Notes: a model not told the origin generated them from the sequence alone. A stretch of 64,000 nt of DNA from Octopus vulgaris (GCA_951406725.2 OX597822.1:72478001-72542000); one strand, 5' to 3'; positions 14,308 through 31,439 are shown, counted from the first letter of the stretch. A program made the numbers and translations.

Positions 14308-14619
14308 AAAATATTCTCAATCCATTTTGGCCAACGGCCCTTTTTGACTCTTGTACCACCTTAGAAAATAGTTTTTTTTTCGATATGCTACTTATTTTGA
14401 TATCAACAGATCATGATTAAAGAATAAAGAACATCGTGTTACATACGCGCTTGTACGCAGTCGGGAGTACAGATGTACAAATTGAAAAAAAAAAATTAAA
14501 TTAAATAAATAATTGAAAGTTTGCTAATTGTGATTATTTCCACCACGATGGTACAAGAGTGCCCCTTTGCACCAAAACGCCCCCCTCAAGCACCAAACGG
14601 CCCGGGTTGAGAACCTTTG
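14308..14619. mobile_element. hAT (Charlie-like) MITE
   Basis: Terminal ...TTCTCAATCC / GGTTGAGAACCTTTG; 8-bp TSD ATCTACAT/ATCTTCAT; subterminal inverted repeat ACTCTTGTACCA/TGGTACAAGAGT. Confidence 0.7.
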
Positions 14620-15011
14620 ATCTTCATCATATCATATACATACATTCATACATATGTAAGTTTATTTTCCCTGCTGATTGGAATTTCAATTTAAGAAGAA
14701 ATGTAATTGGCATAGTATCTTATGGCACAATAAAACCAATAAGGATCTATATATTATTTTGTCTTCAAACATCAATGTCAGGCTTCTATGGAAAGCAAAC
14801 GGAAAAGAAATTATAATTGGAGTTTAATATTTCTATCAGCACCTTTTGTCTTTCTGTTGCTCCTCTTTCGTGTCATCGTCGTCGTCGTCGTCGTTTGTCA
14901 TCATTAGCAGCAGACAGCAAAAATAGTGGCAGCAGGCTCATTGTAATCCTCATTTATCATGACAATTCACATCCTACATCATCAAACTATTACAGCTGTT
15001 GCAGTACGTAT

Positions 15012-15012
<1 letters not shown>

Positions 15013-15080
<68 letters not shown>
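15013..15080. repeat. (CA)n microsatellite
   Basis: Direct reading. Confidence 0.97.
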
Positions 15081-15083
<3 letters not shown>

Positions 15084-17339
15084 AGGCACGCACACATATA
15101 TGATTTCAGACATTGGACGGTGTTCGTGCCGGGGAGCTGCCTTGAATATTGTTTTTTTAAAACTTAACCAAAATAACCCCAATTCATACTTTGGTAAAAA
15201 AAAAGGTACTTATTTTGTCTTTTGCCTGGCAGGTAAAGTAACCAACGCCGTTGTCAAGCCGTGGAAGGGGAGCAAACATAGATACAAAACTCACTGACAC
15301 ACGCAAATATACGTGACGGGTTTTCACGACTAAATTCTATCAGAGAGCAGCTAATTAGAAAGCTATACATGCATGAATAAATTCTAACAATTAGCACTCG
15401 CGCAAATTTTATCAATAAAATGTATATATACCCTTACTATCACCACATAACATACAGAATAATTATAATTCAACAAAACTCAGGTTACCCAAGAAAAATT
15501 CAGGTTAACAAGAAGTATCTAAAGCCAAGGTGAACTTAAATGATTTATAGTCCAATCATGTCTTAACTGGCCGAAACTTTGTAGTGCATTTATACTCTAC
15601 CAAATATAATGAGTAATTCCTTCATATAATGTAAAAATGGTTTTGGTTATAACATAGAAACAAATATTTATATATATATTTACAAGAGAATCAAGTTATG
15701 CGGAGGTGAACAATCGTATATTCTTTTTAGGTCCAATAATTGTATCACACTATATCATTCCAGATTTGAAATTTTAAACAAATGCAAGCACTTGAGTAAG
15801 TTACCTTTCACAATCGGACACCACACATTCCTGATTGAGTAGCACTCTCACAGACTTAGGCTACCTCTCTGTTATATTATTCTACACTAGCTAGATTGAA
15901 TATGATTTCTATCGAGAAAGAGGACGAAAATATTGGTTTTCTTATTTTTTCTTTTCCTTCTTCTCATTCTACACTTTGATCAACCTCCTCCTTTTTTCTT
16001 ATGTTTTCTCATAGATAAACTTTTTTTAAATACATCTAATGATATGCACTGAGCCTGAAAGATTACTTAGAGATACATTGCACATTATATAAGTCTGCCA
16101 AATTATTGTATCTCTAAAGCACGAAACTGTTAGTAGCTGTTTTGTAAATTATGTATATCAAATTACTTATACATATTTATATATGTGCAGTGTAAAGATA
16201 TGTATTCTTAAGGAGAATACTGAATGTTAAAGCTGAGACTAGAATATAACATTCTCTCCCAATTTATTGTATATTTATAGAAGTAAGTTATCGCGGAAGA
16301 AAAAAAAAACTTTCGTTGACTTTCGTATCATACCAGCAACTCCTACACGATGAGAGTAATCGAGGTTTTTCATAAATTTAATATACATGCACTGAATATT
16401 TCCTGATATTCGTATATAGGGAGGTGAAAAAATATAAACATACAAAGATCAGAATATCTCTCTCTCTCTCTCTCTATTTAATATACACACACACACATAC
16501 ACATATGATGAATATTTTCATATATTTATGAGTATATGATGTATATAATTCACATATACTTAAGTATGTATATATATGTACAGACATACAAGTGTAAATG
16601 TATATATTATATATATATGTGTATATAATATATATTTGTATATATATATGTATACATATACGTTTTATAAGTGCATATAATGTGTATGTATGGATGTGTG
16701 TGCGTGCGTATTTCCATAAAGGTTTTATTTTTTATGCTAAGATTTATTTATATAAAGAGCTCTGCCGTTCATAGAAACTTGGCATTTCAGTGATACTTAA
16801 TTTGACTTGCAGGCTTTGCATTGTAATTACCCAGCAAAACAATGTTTGCCTTCATTGTTGTATTTTGGTCACAAATCGCAGAAATTAATCCCGTAAAAGA
16901 AGAGTCTCTCTCTCTCTGTCGTTCGCTCTCACAACGTATATATTTAGAGCAATGTTTTATGCAGTTATATAAACTCATTGAGTTTCTGAACCAGTCATGC
17001 ATATTTGTATAACTACATAATACCTAATAAGCTCATTTTTTTTCACTGCTAATAAAAAGGACGTTGCCTGACCCCGAAACATTATTCTCTCTGTCTTCTT
17101 TCAGCACAACAGTTGCCTGCATAATTTTTCTTGCTGTGGCTCCTACCACACCCATCAACAATGTATGCGGAAGATATAGTGAATAGTAGTGAATAATAAC
17201 TGATTAATGTTTGATGTATGAATGCATTTATAGGTAAAGACTATCAGTTATAGATACAGTCTAAGACAGACAAACGCCCAGAAAGATTCATGCCATCACA
17301 CATACACACACATATAGCAGACACATATAGACATTTATG

Positions 17340-17402
<63 letters not shown>

Positions 17403-17404
<2 letters not shown>

Positions 17405-17757
17405 ATGTACAGTGTACTTTTAGACGCATAAGAGATGGTCATAATAGGACATCTAACCCGCCAGGAGTAATTAAAATCCAAACCACTATTAAGGGCAATT
17501 TCGAAAGGGAATGAAAAATAAAACCGTTTACCATCTACTTCCTGGACCATGGTTTCAAGCTATCTTCAGCAAATATTTACGTTATTTGCTAAAGATAGCT
17601 TGAAACCATGGTCCACGAAATAGATCATAAACGTTTTTATTTTTCATTCCCTTTCGAAATTACCCCTAATAATGGTTTGGATTTTAACTAGCCCTTCTAT
17701 CGGGTTAGATGTCCTGTTATGGCCATCCCTTATGTGTTTAAATATACATTGTATTTA
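17403..17757. mobile_element. Fold-back element (inverted Penelope-like pLTR pair) with hammerhead-like motif in each arm
   Basis: Arms of about 175 bp centred near 17580; minus arm TG-CTGAAGA-TAGCTT-GAAA-CCATGG-TC-CA; plus arm has CTAAAGA; next to (TA)n. Confidence 0.7.
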
Positions 17758-17844
17758 TAATGAATAATATATAGTCTGTTGACTAGTTTTTCTACACGCT
17801 AGGCCACTAGTGGTAAAAAAATTATTAATATATATATATATATA

Positions 17845-17883
<39 letters not shown>

Positions 17884-18235
17884 CCGTATGTTTTCAATGT
17901 GTATAAATAATACGGAAAATATATATAAATAGTTATCAAGGTACCAGAAATTCAAATAAGTACCAAGGATGTAACACCGTACTTATAAAGGTAGAAGTTC
18001 CAGGGCTTAGTGAAATGTTTTCATCTAACATAAATAATTAAATGAATAACTACATTCGGTGAAAATGTCTTATTGATGCAGTTTGTTAAACTTTTTCCCC
18101 TGATGAGAAGATTGCATTGTTTTTACATAATTTTATTCCTTCTGGAATAATACCAATGTTTTCTGCAAAACTTATGTCGGAAGTATAATGATTTGAATAA
18201 CACCCGCATTTAACTCCATTTGCACATAACATACA

Positions 18236-18312
<77 letters not shown>

Positions 18313-19780
18313 CGAATTGAGGGAATGGAGCAGGTAAAATTCAATCTACATATACTTCCTAGCTAACAGATCCTCTGATGTGATAATTACTCAACGAGGG
18401 GTACTATGCCGGCTACTCACCAGGCCAAATATACCTTAAGTATGGGTAGCTTGTTTAGTACTATCGATGCTAACCTTTCAACGCTCGCACACACATTAAA
18501 TAGCTGCATAATCGTAGCGTTACCAACATTCAGTTTTTAACGCTCAGTTGCATAAACACTTCACAGCAAACTAGTAGGCGAACACAAATGAATGCAGAAA
18601 GGTGAATGTGCGTTGTGAGATACCTGTGATTCAGATGACGTTTGTGCTCTTTACTCATGGTGAAAGATTATCTTGAAGAAAGTCCTTCATAATTACAATC
18701 TCATAGTCACTATGATATTTGATTTGTAACTATTTATAATAAATAATGGACGTAGTACTTGTGTTTTGGCGAATTTTTTTCTTATGATCAAGTAACAACG
18801 TGTGATTGTGCAAATCATATCTTCTTTGTTACTAAAAATTTCCTATGTGTTATATAAGCATAGGTGTGGCCATTAACGAAAATGTCGCTTTGCAGATCAC
18901 TAACAAGAAATGGTAATATTCATTATTGGTTTTCGAAAACGTATTTCATGTTCAGGTGAGACATTATAATCTCCCCTTTCGCGTACCAATTTTGCGTCTA
19001 ACTCCCAGACGTCTTCAACGATACGTGCTGGATTGAGTTGGAGAATTTTGCGGATATCTTCGTTCTGTTTGCTTTGTGTGGTCGGTCGGAATTGTACACG
19101 AAATCCCGACCTGCTTGAACTTCGAAGAGGAAGTTCTTTCTGACATTAAGATAAAATGACTGACAGGAGACTTAAACTCCTTTCAATGTCTTCTTTAGGA
19201 GAAGAAAAAGCAGAAGAGTATCCATGTCTCTGTTCTGAGCCTCTATGATCGGTGAGATAAAGTGGGGTTACGTGAGATAAGACCAGAGATACGCGAATGC
19301 TTGCCACAACATGCAGCCTGGAAATTGCTGCCAATGTCTAGAATATTTTTGTAACAACAGGGTCCAGTGTTAAGTCCACAGTCACTACAATATATTGATT
19401 GTTTTATGTTGCATGATCAAATTACAAGAGATTGCTCAGTCGTTCTCCATCGCTTAAAAGTCGTAATGGCCTTCTGGAAACGCCACATATCCAATTTCGA
19501 AGAGAAAAACCAAGTGAGAAGTGGAAATAGACATAGATAAATAGATAGGAAGACAAACATAGAAAGAGAAAGGGACAGAGATAGAAAATGAAAGAAATAT
19601 AGACCGAACAAAGAAAACCTAACTCAATACTTCATATCTATTTTATTGCCTGATTCGTGGAGGTCAAAATTGATACAGGGATTTGAACTGAAAACGCAGC
19701 GTGCTGCAAAGAATTGTTCAAAACGATCTGACACTCGAGCGACTTTATATCGTTGTAGACAACTAAATCGAAGCCAGTAT

Positions 19781-20400
19781 ATAAACGTATGCATAACTAC
19801 CAACCTACCTACCTACCTACCTACCTACCTACCTACCTACCTACCTACCTACCTACCTACCTACCTACCTACCTACCTGCCTGCCTACCTACCTACTTAC
19901 CTACCTACCTGCCTACCTACCTACCTACCTGCCTACCTACCTACCTGCCTACCTACCTACCAATCTTTCTATTTACCTACCTACCTACTTACCTACATAA
20001 ATGTATGCATAACTACCTACCTACCAATCTTTCTATCTGCCTACATACCTGCCTACCTACCTACTTACCTACATAAATGTATGCATAACTACCTACCTAC
20101 CAATCTTTCTATCTGCCTACCTGCCTACCTACCTACCTACCTACCTACCTACCTACCTGCCTGCCTGCCTGCCTGCCTACCTATCTATCTATATATCTAT
20201 ATACCTATATGCCTACCTACCTACCAACCAACCAACGAACCTACCTACCTACCTATCTACATACCTACATACATAAATGTATGCATAACTACCTACCTAC
20301 CTACCTACCTACCTACCTACCTACCTACCCACTTACCAACCTACCTACCTACCAACCCACCTACTTACCTACCTACCTACCTACCTATCTATCTACATAC
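19781..20400. repeat. (CCTA)n microsatellite with higher-order unit
   Basis: ATAAA(C/T)GTATGCATAACTACC recurs at about 19781, 19997, 20073 and 20273. Confidence 0.93.
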
Positions 20401-20999
20401 ATACAGAGAGACAGACAGATATACATACATTATTTTGGGTTCAATGAATAACAAAAATCACTGCAAGCTTAAAGACATAATTATTCAGTGGATCATTTTT
20501 GAACGAGAAGAATTCGCGGATTTCATCTTTACATTGGAAGATACTAAACATTGATGAGATTGAACATAAACAATTGGAACAATTACTGGAGGGAATGTTT
20601 CCAATATACTAACTATTCTGTCAACCGGCATTCTTCAAGGATTAGATGTTGGTATTAAAACAGAATGCAAATTAAGTCTAACACTCAAGCTTTACTCAGG
20701 GCCATTGTCGATAACAGCGTATCATAACGACTTCGAACAAGTAGTCACGGGGTTTCCAGTTGTATTTCAGCGCGTAGATGTTTTACAGCAGAAGCCGCAA
20801 TATAAATGGCAATATATAATTGAAAAGCATAAGAAAATGAATTATGCTTACCATAGAAAAATTCATATAGATATAGATAGATAAATAGGTACAGAGAGAA
20901 AGAGAGATAGCTCGGGGCTACAAGATATATGATAGCATTACATGATACACATGTGTCACAAAAGCTGAAAAATGGGTAATCTCTTTCAAAGTTATCATG

Positions 21000-22500
<1,501 letters not shown>

Positions 22501-23230
22501 ATATACTGCTAAAATTATAAATAACAGGGAAAATCTTTTACGTTTAGAGTTAAAACTGTGGTAAAAGAAACGAATAAATGTATCACAGTTAGATCGGCAT
22601 AGCTAACTGAAATGACCGGAGGAAGGAAGAGGTCGATAGTGGTCTGAGTGGCAAGGGGGTAACTGTGAAACTGATATATATCTATGTTTGTGGGAGCATG
22701 TGAGCATGCATCCCCGAGTGTATAAAGGTAATGTGTGTTTGTGTATAAATACATATATATATACATACACACACATATATACGTATATATACTTGCGCAA
22801 TCTCCTGAGGATATGTATGGATTAAATTGCATTAAGTATTATATACATATCAGTAATAATATACCATGCCTGTTGGTTCATTTAGTGACATACAATATGT
22901 ATAATCATATCCGATTATGTCTAAAAGAAAATAATTATATACGTAGTACACATACATTTACACGTAATTATTGATACGTACATATACAATAACTCATTGA
23001 CTAATGGAAATTACATTCCGATATGTATTTGAAAGAAAACAAGTGTATTTGAAAGAAAACAAATAATTATGCCCAATGTGTAAAAGTGTTAGCTTGTACC
23101 TTGCCTGCCTTGGCGGTTTCGCGTATTCGTCGTGGTATATATAAACATATACTTATCTACTGGATACCTATTCAAATTTGTATGTAGTTTATATAAGAAC
23201 GTATGTTTGTATTTATATCTATTTATGTAC

Positions 23231-23632
23231 CAGGGACATGCCGCTTAGGCAGGCAAGGTAGGCAGTGCCTACCTTCAATAAAATAGACCAATAGCAGCAT
23301 TTTCCTTTTATAGAAAAAATATGCATCTAATTCAATAGAATTATGAAGGTTACTGTGATTACTATGCATAAAATGCAAAATACTTTATTGTTTTATAGAT
23401 TAGGGAGGCATAATTTGCCCCTGCCTTTCAATCACAGTTAGCTACTCATAGTACTGCTGTACTACACGTGCTGCGTACACTCCTATAACGCCATTTTCTT
23501 TACATTAATAAAGGCAGAAATAAATCTGCCTTCATCTCAGTCGCGCGCCTGTGTTTCGTTTATTTTTTGTGTGTTTTACTACATAAAGGTCACCAACTGC
23601 CTACTCTGAGTAGTTACAACGGTACGTGCCTG
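23231..23632. mobile_element. hAT-type MITE
   Basis: Imperfect TIRs CAGGGACATGCCG / CGGTACGTGCCTG; 8-bp TSD TTATGTAC/TTATGTAA; internal TGCCT/AGGCA motifs. Confidence 0.75.
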
Positions 23633-23877
23633 TTATGTAAATACAAAATTATGTATAAACGTATAAATGTAAATTTATACAAGAAAGTATGAGTGTATTT
23701 GTATCAATGTATGTACATACATATGAATGTATAAATGCATATATACATATACACATACACACACAACGTATACACAAAGACACACACTCACACACACATA
23801 TATAGACGAAATGCTTTGCATTTTTGTCTGGCATTGGTAATAATCCACCATCTTCGACAATATTGTAATCTTCATCT

Positions 23878-24221
23878 TAGACGCAGGAGTCGCTGTGTGG
23901 TAAGAAGCTTGCTTACCAACCATATGGTTCTGGGTTCAGTCCCACTGCGTGGCAACTTGGACGACTACCTTCTACTATATATTCCTTTACTGCCCACAAG
24001 GGGCAAAGATAGAGGGGACAAACAAGGACAGACAAACGGATTAAGTCGATTATATCGACCCCAGTGTGTAACTGGTACTTATTTAATCAACCCCGAAAGG
24101 ATGAAAGGCAAAGTCGACCTCGGCGAGCAAGATTTATTCAGTGAGTCGACCCCAATATTCCAGTACTTAAATTCTGTTTAGCCTGGTACGCAAGCAGTGG
24201 TAGGGACAAATATAGACACAT

Positions 24222-24314
<93 letters not shown>

Positions 24315-24526
24315 CACTTACGCATACGCATATATATATATCAATATATAAATATGACGAACTTCTTTCAGTTTCTATCTACCACATCCACTCACTAGAC
24401 TTTGGTCGATCCGTGGCTATAATAGAAGACACTTCCAGTAGGGCTGAACCAGGAGTCATGTTGTTGGGAAGCACGCTTCTTACATACAGCCACGCTTTTT
24501 ATATACGTATACATACATACTTACAT

Positions 24527-24580
<54 letters not shown>

Positions 24581-24778
24581 ACACACACACACACACATAA
24601 ACACACTTATGTACGACGGGCTTCTTTCAGCTTTCCTCTACCAAATCAACTCACAAGGCTTTGGTCGGTCCGAATCTATTGTAGAAGACACTTGCCCAAG
24701 TTGCCATGCAGTGGGACTGAAGGCAGAACCATGTGGTTGGTAAGCAAGCTACTTATCACACAGCCACTTCTATGCCTA
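23878..24778. mobile_element. Cluster of partial SINE B and SINE A copies with (CA)n tracts
   Basis: SINE B head (+) 23878-23975; SINE A body (-) 23985-24126; SINE B (-) 24190-24495 and 24610-24778. Confidence 0.8.
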
Positions 24779-24789
24779 TATTCTCCTTC

Positions 24790-25184
24790 TCTTTTTCTCT
24801 TTCACTTGTTTCAGTCATTTGACTGCGGCCATGCTGGAGCACCACCTTTAATCGAGCAACTCGACCCCGGGACTTATTCTTTTATAAGCCCAGTACTTAT
24901 TCTATCGGCCTCTTTTGCCGAACCGCTAAGTAACGGGGACATAAACACACCAGCATCGGTTGTCAAGCAATGCTAGAGGGACAAACACACAAACACACAC
25001 ACGCATATATATACATATATACGACGGGCCTCTTTCAGTTTCCGTCTACCAAATCCACTCACAAGGCTTTTGTCGGCCCGAGGCTATAGTAGAAGACACT
25101 TGCCCAAGGTGCCACGCAGTGGGACTGAACCCGGAACCATGTGGTTGGTAAGCAAGCTACTTACCACACAGCCACTCCTGCGCC
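24790..25184 (-). mobile_element. Full-length tRNA-derived SINE family B (CORE-like)
   Basis: Head GGCGCAGGAGTGGCTGTGTGGTAAG (A box), GGTTCAGTCCC (B box), CCTTGGGCAAGTG core, internal TA/TG microsatellite, tail GACTGAAACAAGT; near-identical copies at 46761, 58187 and 62515. Confidence 0.9.
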
Positions 25185-26059
25185 CATATATATATGTGTG
25201 TGTGTGTTTCTCCGTATGTGTGTATATGTACGTGTGCATATACGTGTGTATATATATTTGTCTGTCTGTGTATATGTAGTTTCGCTTGATGCGATGATAT
25301 AGCTTCCTCGGGACCACACATATTTGTTGTATGTGTACGTATGTGTGCATATGTGCACATATTTACATATAAACATATGTACACATTTATATCTGATGGA
25401 TCCAAATTTAAAAAAAATCTGTTTAAAGATGAAGTTTGAGTATATCGATTCGGTCACAATATTCCTTGCTGTAATAATAACTTGATGCTCATACAAATTA
25501 GAGTCCACAAGTTCTGTATGTCGCAATCTAAAATGTTACTTGTCATTTTTGCACATCAGATTAATATTTAGTTTTAGCATAATATAATAGAGTTTTAGAA
25601 ACAGAGCTAGTAGTTGTACTTCAAGAACCGGTTATCCCTCAGTAAATATACCTCATATATTTGTGAACGACACATGAGTACTTCTGCATGTGAGCAGCCG
25701 ATTTTAGGGCCATAGTTTAACGAAATTAATAAAAAACGGTTTAGGAGTTATCGGCTATAATTTTTTACACTTTATCATACTATGCAGTCAATACTCGATT
25801 TGTATTATACAGTTGATCACTCTTTCAATTTTTTCATTAAAAGAACACTGCTTGTATTGAAAATTTCTCTGTATTTATAAAAGACTCTAATATAAGTTTG
25901 TCAATTTATTTTGTCACGTTTTTCTTGCTTGTAGTAATTATGTTTTGTTACTTAAGCTAATGCATGCTTCGCGATGTATTGTAATGTGCAATTTTGGGAG
26001 TTTCCTTTATTTTCTGTTTATCTATTTTTTCGAAATTTTTACACACATACACACATACA

Positions 26060-26090
<31 letters not shown>

Positions 26091-26301
26091 CCATACGTAT
26101 ATATGTGTATATATATATGTGCATATATTCTACGTTCTATGTTCTACGTTATTATTTTAATAATTACTGGTATTTTTATATATGTAAAGCGTAATCTGGT
26201 ATACATGTATGTATATTATTACAATTGTTTTTTTAAATAAATAAATAGGCATAGTTTAATGTCTAAAAGTTCATCCCCTCCATTTTTCTATTGCAGTATA
26301 T

Positions 26302-26364
<63 letters not shown>

Positions 26365-26368
<4 letters not shown>

Positions 26369-26525
26369 CTGGCACTTTGGGCAAGTGTCTCCTACTTTAA
26401 CCTCAGGCCGACCAAAGCCTTGTGAGTGGATTTGATAGGCGGAAACTGAAAACACCCGTCGTATATATATATATGTGTGTGTGTGTATATATGTGTGTGT
26501 CTGTCTCCCCAACATCGCTTGACAA
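26365..26525 (+). mobile_element. Partial SINE B
   Basis: TTGGGCAAGTGTCT...GGCCGACCAAAGCCTTGTGAGTGGATTTG. Confidence 0.8.
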
Positions 26526-26532
26526 ATACACA

Positions 26533-26593
<61 letters not shown>

Positions 26594-26656
26594 GCTCTGA
26601 CCGTCTATTTATCTATATACCGTGTATATATATGTACACACACACATACGCGCGCG

Positions 26657-26698
<42 letters not shown>

Positions 26699-28019
26699 GT
26701 ATATATCAGTACACGTACGCTTATGTATCTAATGAGTGGAAAACATAACTGCTATTCAAAATTACTATAGTATATTGTAATAAACAGAGATGGGTTTAGA
26801 GATATACGGGTGGATGGATAATGGGCGATGAAATTGTGAGAGAATTGTCGGAGCGAAATAAGTAGAGAATATATGCACTTGAATCTCACTGTTAGTTTGT
26901 AAAAGACCAACTTCTTTATGGTTTGGTTTCTTCCATGATTTCATGCGCTGATTATTGCACTATCAAAGAACTTATACATATATCATCACATGAGCGTAAG
27001 ATCTATTACATTATGATTTATTAGTAGTATTAATATTTTTGTGTCGTTAAAAAACTGAATCAGGAGATGCATCTGCGTCATTTATCTCGTAATATCATAT
27101 GTTAAGCCATTGTCAAAATAGTTATGGTGATTCATTGGCAGATAGTTTTTTTTTTTTTATATATACATAACCGACTGTGGAATATTTATGTCTTCAATAT
27201 TGGTGTTAGCTGAGATTCTACGGTCCGTTCAAAATAATGTTTTCTAACTCTTTATAGTGCCAAGGCTAACGTAATTTGTAAAGCTGTTTATTTTACTTTG
27301 ATATCTAATACTGAATATTAAAAATATATGATTAGGTTGCAAAGCATCAACTTTTTTCCCATTATAATTTTCTTCTATAATTCTTAGGTTCTTGTATTGT
27401 ATTTGGATTTGAAAAGCTGTTTCAATGCATCGTACATGCATATTCGAAAGTTGCATCTACACGTATAAAAAAGATAAAACAAAAGAAAGACAAAAATAAA
27501 AAAAATGGATTACCTATATAAAAGGAAGGTAATGCAATCGTTGAGTAAGATAAGTCTAATAAAATGACTGAAGTACTTGAATATAGCTACCAGCAAGATC
27601 GCTTGCTACGCTGCGCTTGGAAAACATTTATAGAATTGTTTTGCTTTGGTTGATCAGAAAATGAGACACCTAGAAAAATTTGGAATGTACGTAGTCTAAA
27701 GCATAAAAGAAAATATATGAAATAAATGTTATAAATAACATATGAAAATGGTGTAATGGAAACTCAAAGCAGACAATATAAGAAACTCAAAGCAGGCAAT
27801 ATAAGAAATGATACGTTATATAATTTTTCATCGTTCTTTGAGCAGAACGGCAGCGTGGTAGGAAGCTGGACTCATAATTCGGTGGTCCGTTGACTGAAGT
27901 TGTGTTCCGCGAAGAAATGGACATTGTCTTTAATATTTACATATTGCAACCAAGTTTTCAACAAATATACCCATTATATAACTGTATGTATACGCACAGT
28001 GGTAGCCATAAATTATATT

Positions 28020-28447
28020 CTTTCTACTCTAGGCACAAGACCGAAACTTTTGGAGAGGGGGCCAGTACGCAACTGGTACTTAATTTATCGACCCGGAAAG
28101 GATTAAAGGCAAAATCGACCTCGGCGGAATTTGAACTCAGAACCTAACGGCAGACGAAATACTGCAAAGCATTTCGCCCGGCGTGATAAAGGTTATGCCA
28201 GCTCGCCGCCTTTCTATTTCTTTACTACCCACAAGGGGCTAAACACAAAGAGGACAAACAAGGACAGACAAACGGATTAAGTCGATTATATCGACCCCAG
28301 TGCGTAACTGGTACTTATTTAATCGACTCTGAAAGGATGAAGGGCAAAGTCGACCTCGGCGGAATTTGAACTCAGAACGTAGCAGCAGACAAAATTCCGC
28401 TAAGCATTTCGCCCGGTGTGCTAAAGGTTATGCCAGCTCGCCGCCTT
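28020..28447 (-). mobile_element. Head-to-tail dimer of SINE A
   Basis: Two complete heads (ends at about 28211 and 28447) that share the variant AAAGGTTATGCCAGCTCGCCGCC, followed by two different tails. Confidence 0.85.
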
Positions 28448-28577
28448 AAAGGTATAAACTATATAAGGAAAAAGACATTTAAACAGAGTAAAGAGATCAC
28501 CAACTAACTGGGGTGCACGAAAGTCTAAGTAACATAGCGGGTAGAGACGACAGCAACAATAAGATTTTCGCTTAGTA

Positions 28578-28888
28578 TGTGCATGGTTAGATGGTTACAG
28601 CGTCGTACTCTCAATCACGAGAAAGTGCGTTCGATTCTGGTGTTCATGAACAAGACTCTTTATTTTCACATGGTTTCACTTCACTCATCTGTAGAAATGA
28701 GTTGTGACCTCACTGGTGCCAAGCTGTAACCTTCCCTTGGATAACATCGGAGGCGTGGAGAGGATCGGCTGGTATGCATGGGCAACTGCTGGTATTCCAT
28801 AAATAACCCCGTCTCGACATCTGCCTCGGAGGGTAACTTTCTAGGTGTAATCCCATGGTCATTCATGACTGAAGGGGTCTTTACTCTC
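28578..28888 (+). mobile_element. SINE family C, diverged
   Basis: Colinear with 30966-31302. Confidence 0.8.
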
Positions 28889-29181
28889 TATATAATTATA
28901 TGTCATTACCATATATGTAATTATTAATTGTCGAATATTGAACGGCTGACGCAACTTTTGTTGGATGATGTAGGAAGTTTTAAAATGTTAGAACATTGCC
29001 ACAATCAATATCAATGTTTTAAATTATTGATAAATCTATTATTTACCTGCAGAAATAACTTTTCATAAGGGCCATTTTTTCTACTGTCATCTATATATCT
29101 TTTAATACAATTTTAATAGTTACTATTAAATATATAACCGTACAAGGGCCAGTACATCAAGTACCAGTATTATAACAAATT

Positions 29182-29395
29182 AAGGCGGCTACTTGGCAGA
29201 ATCGTTACCACGACAGACAAAATGTTGAGTGGCATTTCATCCTTCTTCACATTCTGAGTTCAAATTTCGCCGCGGTCGGGCTTGACGTTCATCCTTTCGG
29301 GGTCGATAAAATAAGTACCAGTTGAGTACTAGGGTCAATGTAATCGAGTCACACCTACGTGCAAATTACTGCCCTTGTGTCAAAATTTGACACCT
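29182..29395 (+). mobile_element. SINE A, diverged
   Basis: AAGGCGGC head, CATCCTTTCGGGGTCGATAAAATAAGTACCAG core. Confidence 0.8.
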
Positions 29396-30019
29396 ATTAC
29401 AAAATTTTAAAGCACCACCACAAATAACAACGCTGCAACAACGACCACGTTTGCCACCATCACAGTGACCATCACCATCACCGCTGCCACCGTCGTGACC
29501 GTCTCAACAGCTACTTGCATTGGCATTAACACCACTACCCCAAACACCAATAATACAACCCTGACAATATCACTAAGACTACTGTAACTTCAACACAACC
29601 ACCCTAACACTCGTCACCAAACTACCACCACCTTTATCTGGGATATTCGAATAACTACGCGAATCAGTAACAAATAAATGACATTCATTAAAGTCAGAAA
29701 TTTATAATATTTAGAAAATATTTATAAAATACTATGGAGGAAAGAAATAACCATAATATGTATATATATTTTTATACACACACACACACACACACTCACA
29801 TATAAGCTACGCCGAAACCATACAGCTCTGTTAGGTTGTCCATAGAAAGTTATGTACTTATAGATTTAATTACGTGTTATTGCAGTGTCTTACTAATACA
29901 TATTTTGAACATATGTTAAATTGCGTTTGTTAGTTTCGGCTTTATACATGTTAGTAAGAATTTTTTTTAGAGTTCAGAATATAATTAGTTGCAGGAATTT
30001 AAACACACAGACACGCGCA

Positions 30020-30317
<298 letters not shown>

Positions 30318-30850
30318 TACATGCCGTGATAGAGAGAGATAGTATAAAAGCGTATAATTTCGTTGAGAAAATGTATCAAAATATTTTAAGATAAACAATT
30401 AATCGTAACTTAGAAACTCAATACAGAAATGATGTAGATTATTAATCAGTACATCTATATGTGCATGTGCGTATGTTTATGTGTGTGTGAGAGAGAGAGA
30501 GGGGGAGGGTGAACGAGAGAGACGGAGAGAGAGAGAGGGTGTGTTTTCTTTGAAGGTAAATATGTATGTATAAAAACAATCGTGCGCACAAGTCTATGAC
30601 AGTCACACATATAAGCATGTCGACCCGTGCACATAAATAATTACACACACACATACGCAAACGTGTGTGTGTATGCGTGTGCGAATGTGTGTATGCACAT
30701 GTGTCAGTGGGATATACTTAATTGGGAGTAGTGAGAACGTGACTCGATTGCTGAGAGTTTCGTGCATGGCACTTAAACGTACGAAAGTCTCGGCCAATGA
30801 GTCACTTCATAACTTTTGCCAATTAAAAATAATTTTAAAAAAAGAGATAT

Positions 30851-31377
<527 letters not shown>

Positions 31378-31439
31378 TAACAGAATGAGATTAAAAATAC
31401 AAAGTTGTGTATAGTTTTCAGAACATTTATAAAGAGATG

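Noticed and set aside
18100-18125. CTGATGA
   Set aside because: No stem II or GAAA follows
18896-18955. 60-nt plus-strand micro-exon (TTTGCAG...CAG|GTGAG)
   Set aside because: Weak polypyrimidine tract and no partner exons or homology; expected by chance in 64 kb
19646-20554. 302-aa ORF with LPTY repeats
   Set aside because: Translation of a (CCTA)n microsatellite
27759-27808. 23-bp tandem duplication (similar 20-bp one at 23024-23062)
   Set aside because: Ordinary local slippage duplication
29420-29632. Thr-rich mucin-like reading
   Set aside because: Degenerate (CAC/CAA)n low-complexity tract without splice or ORF support
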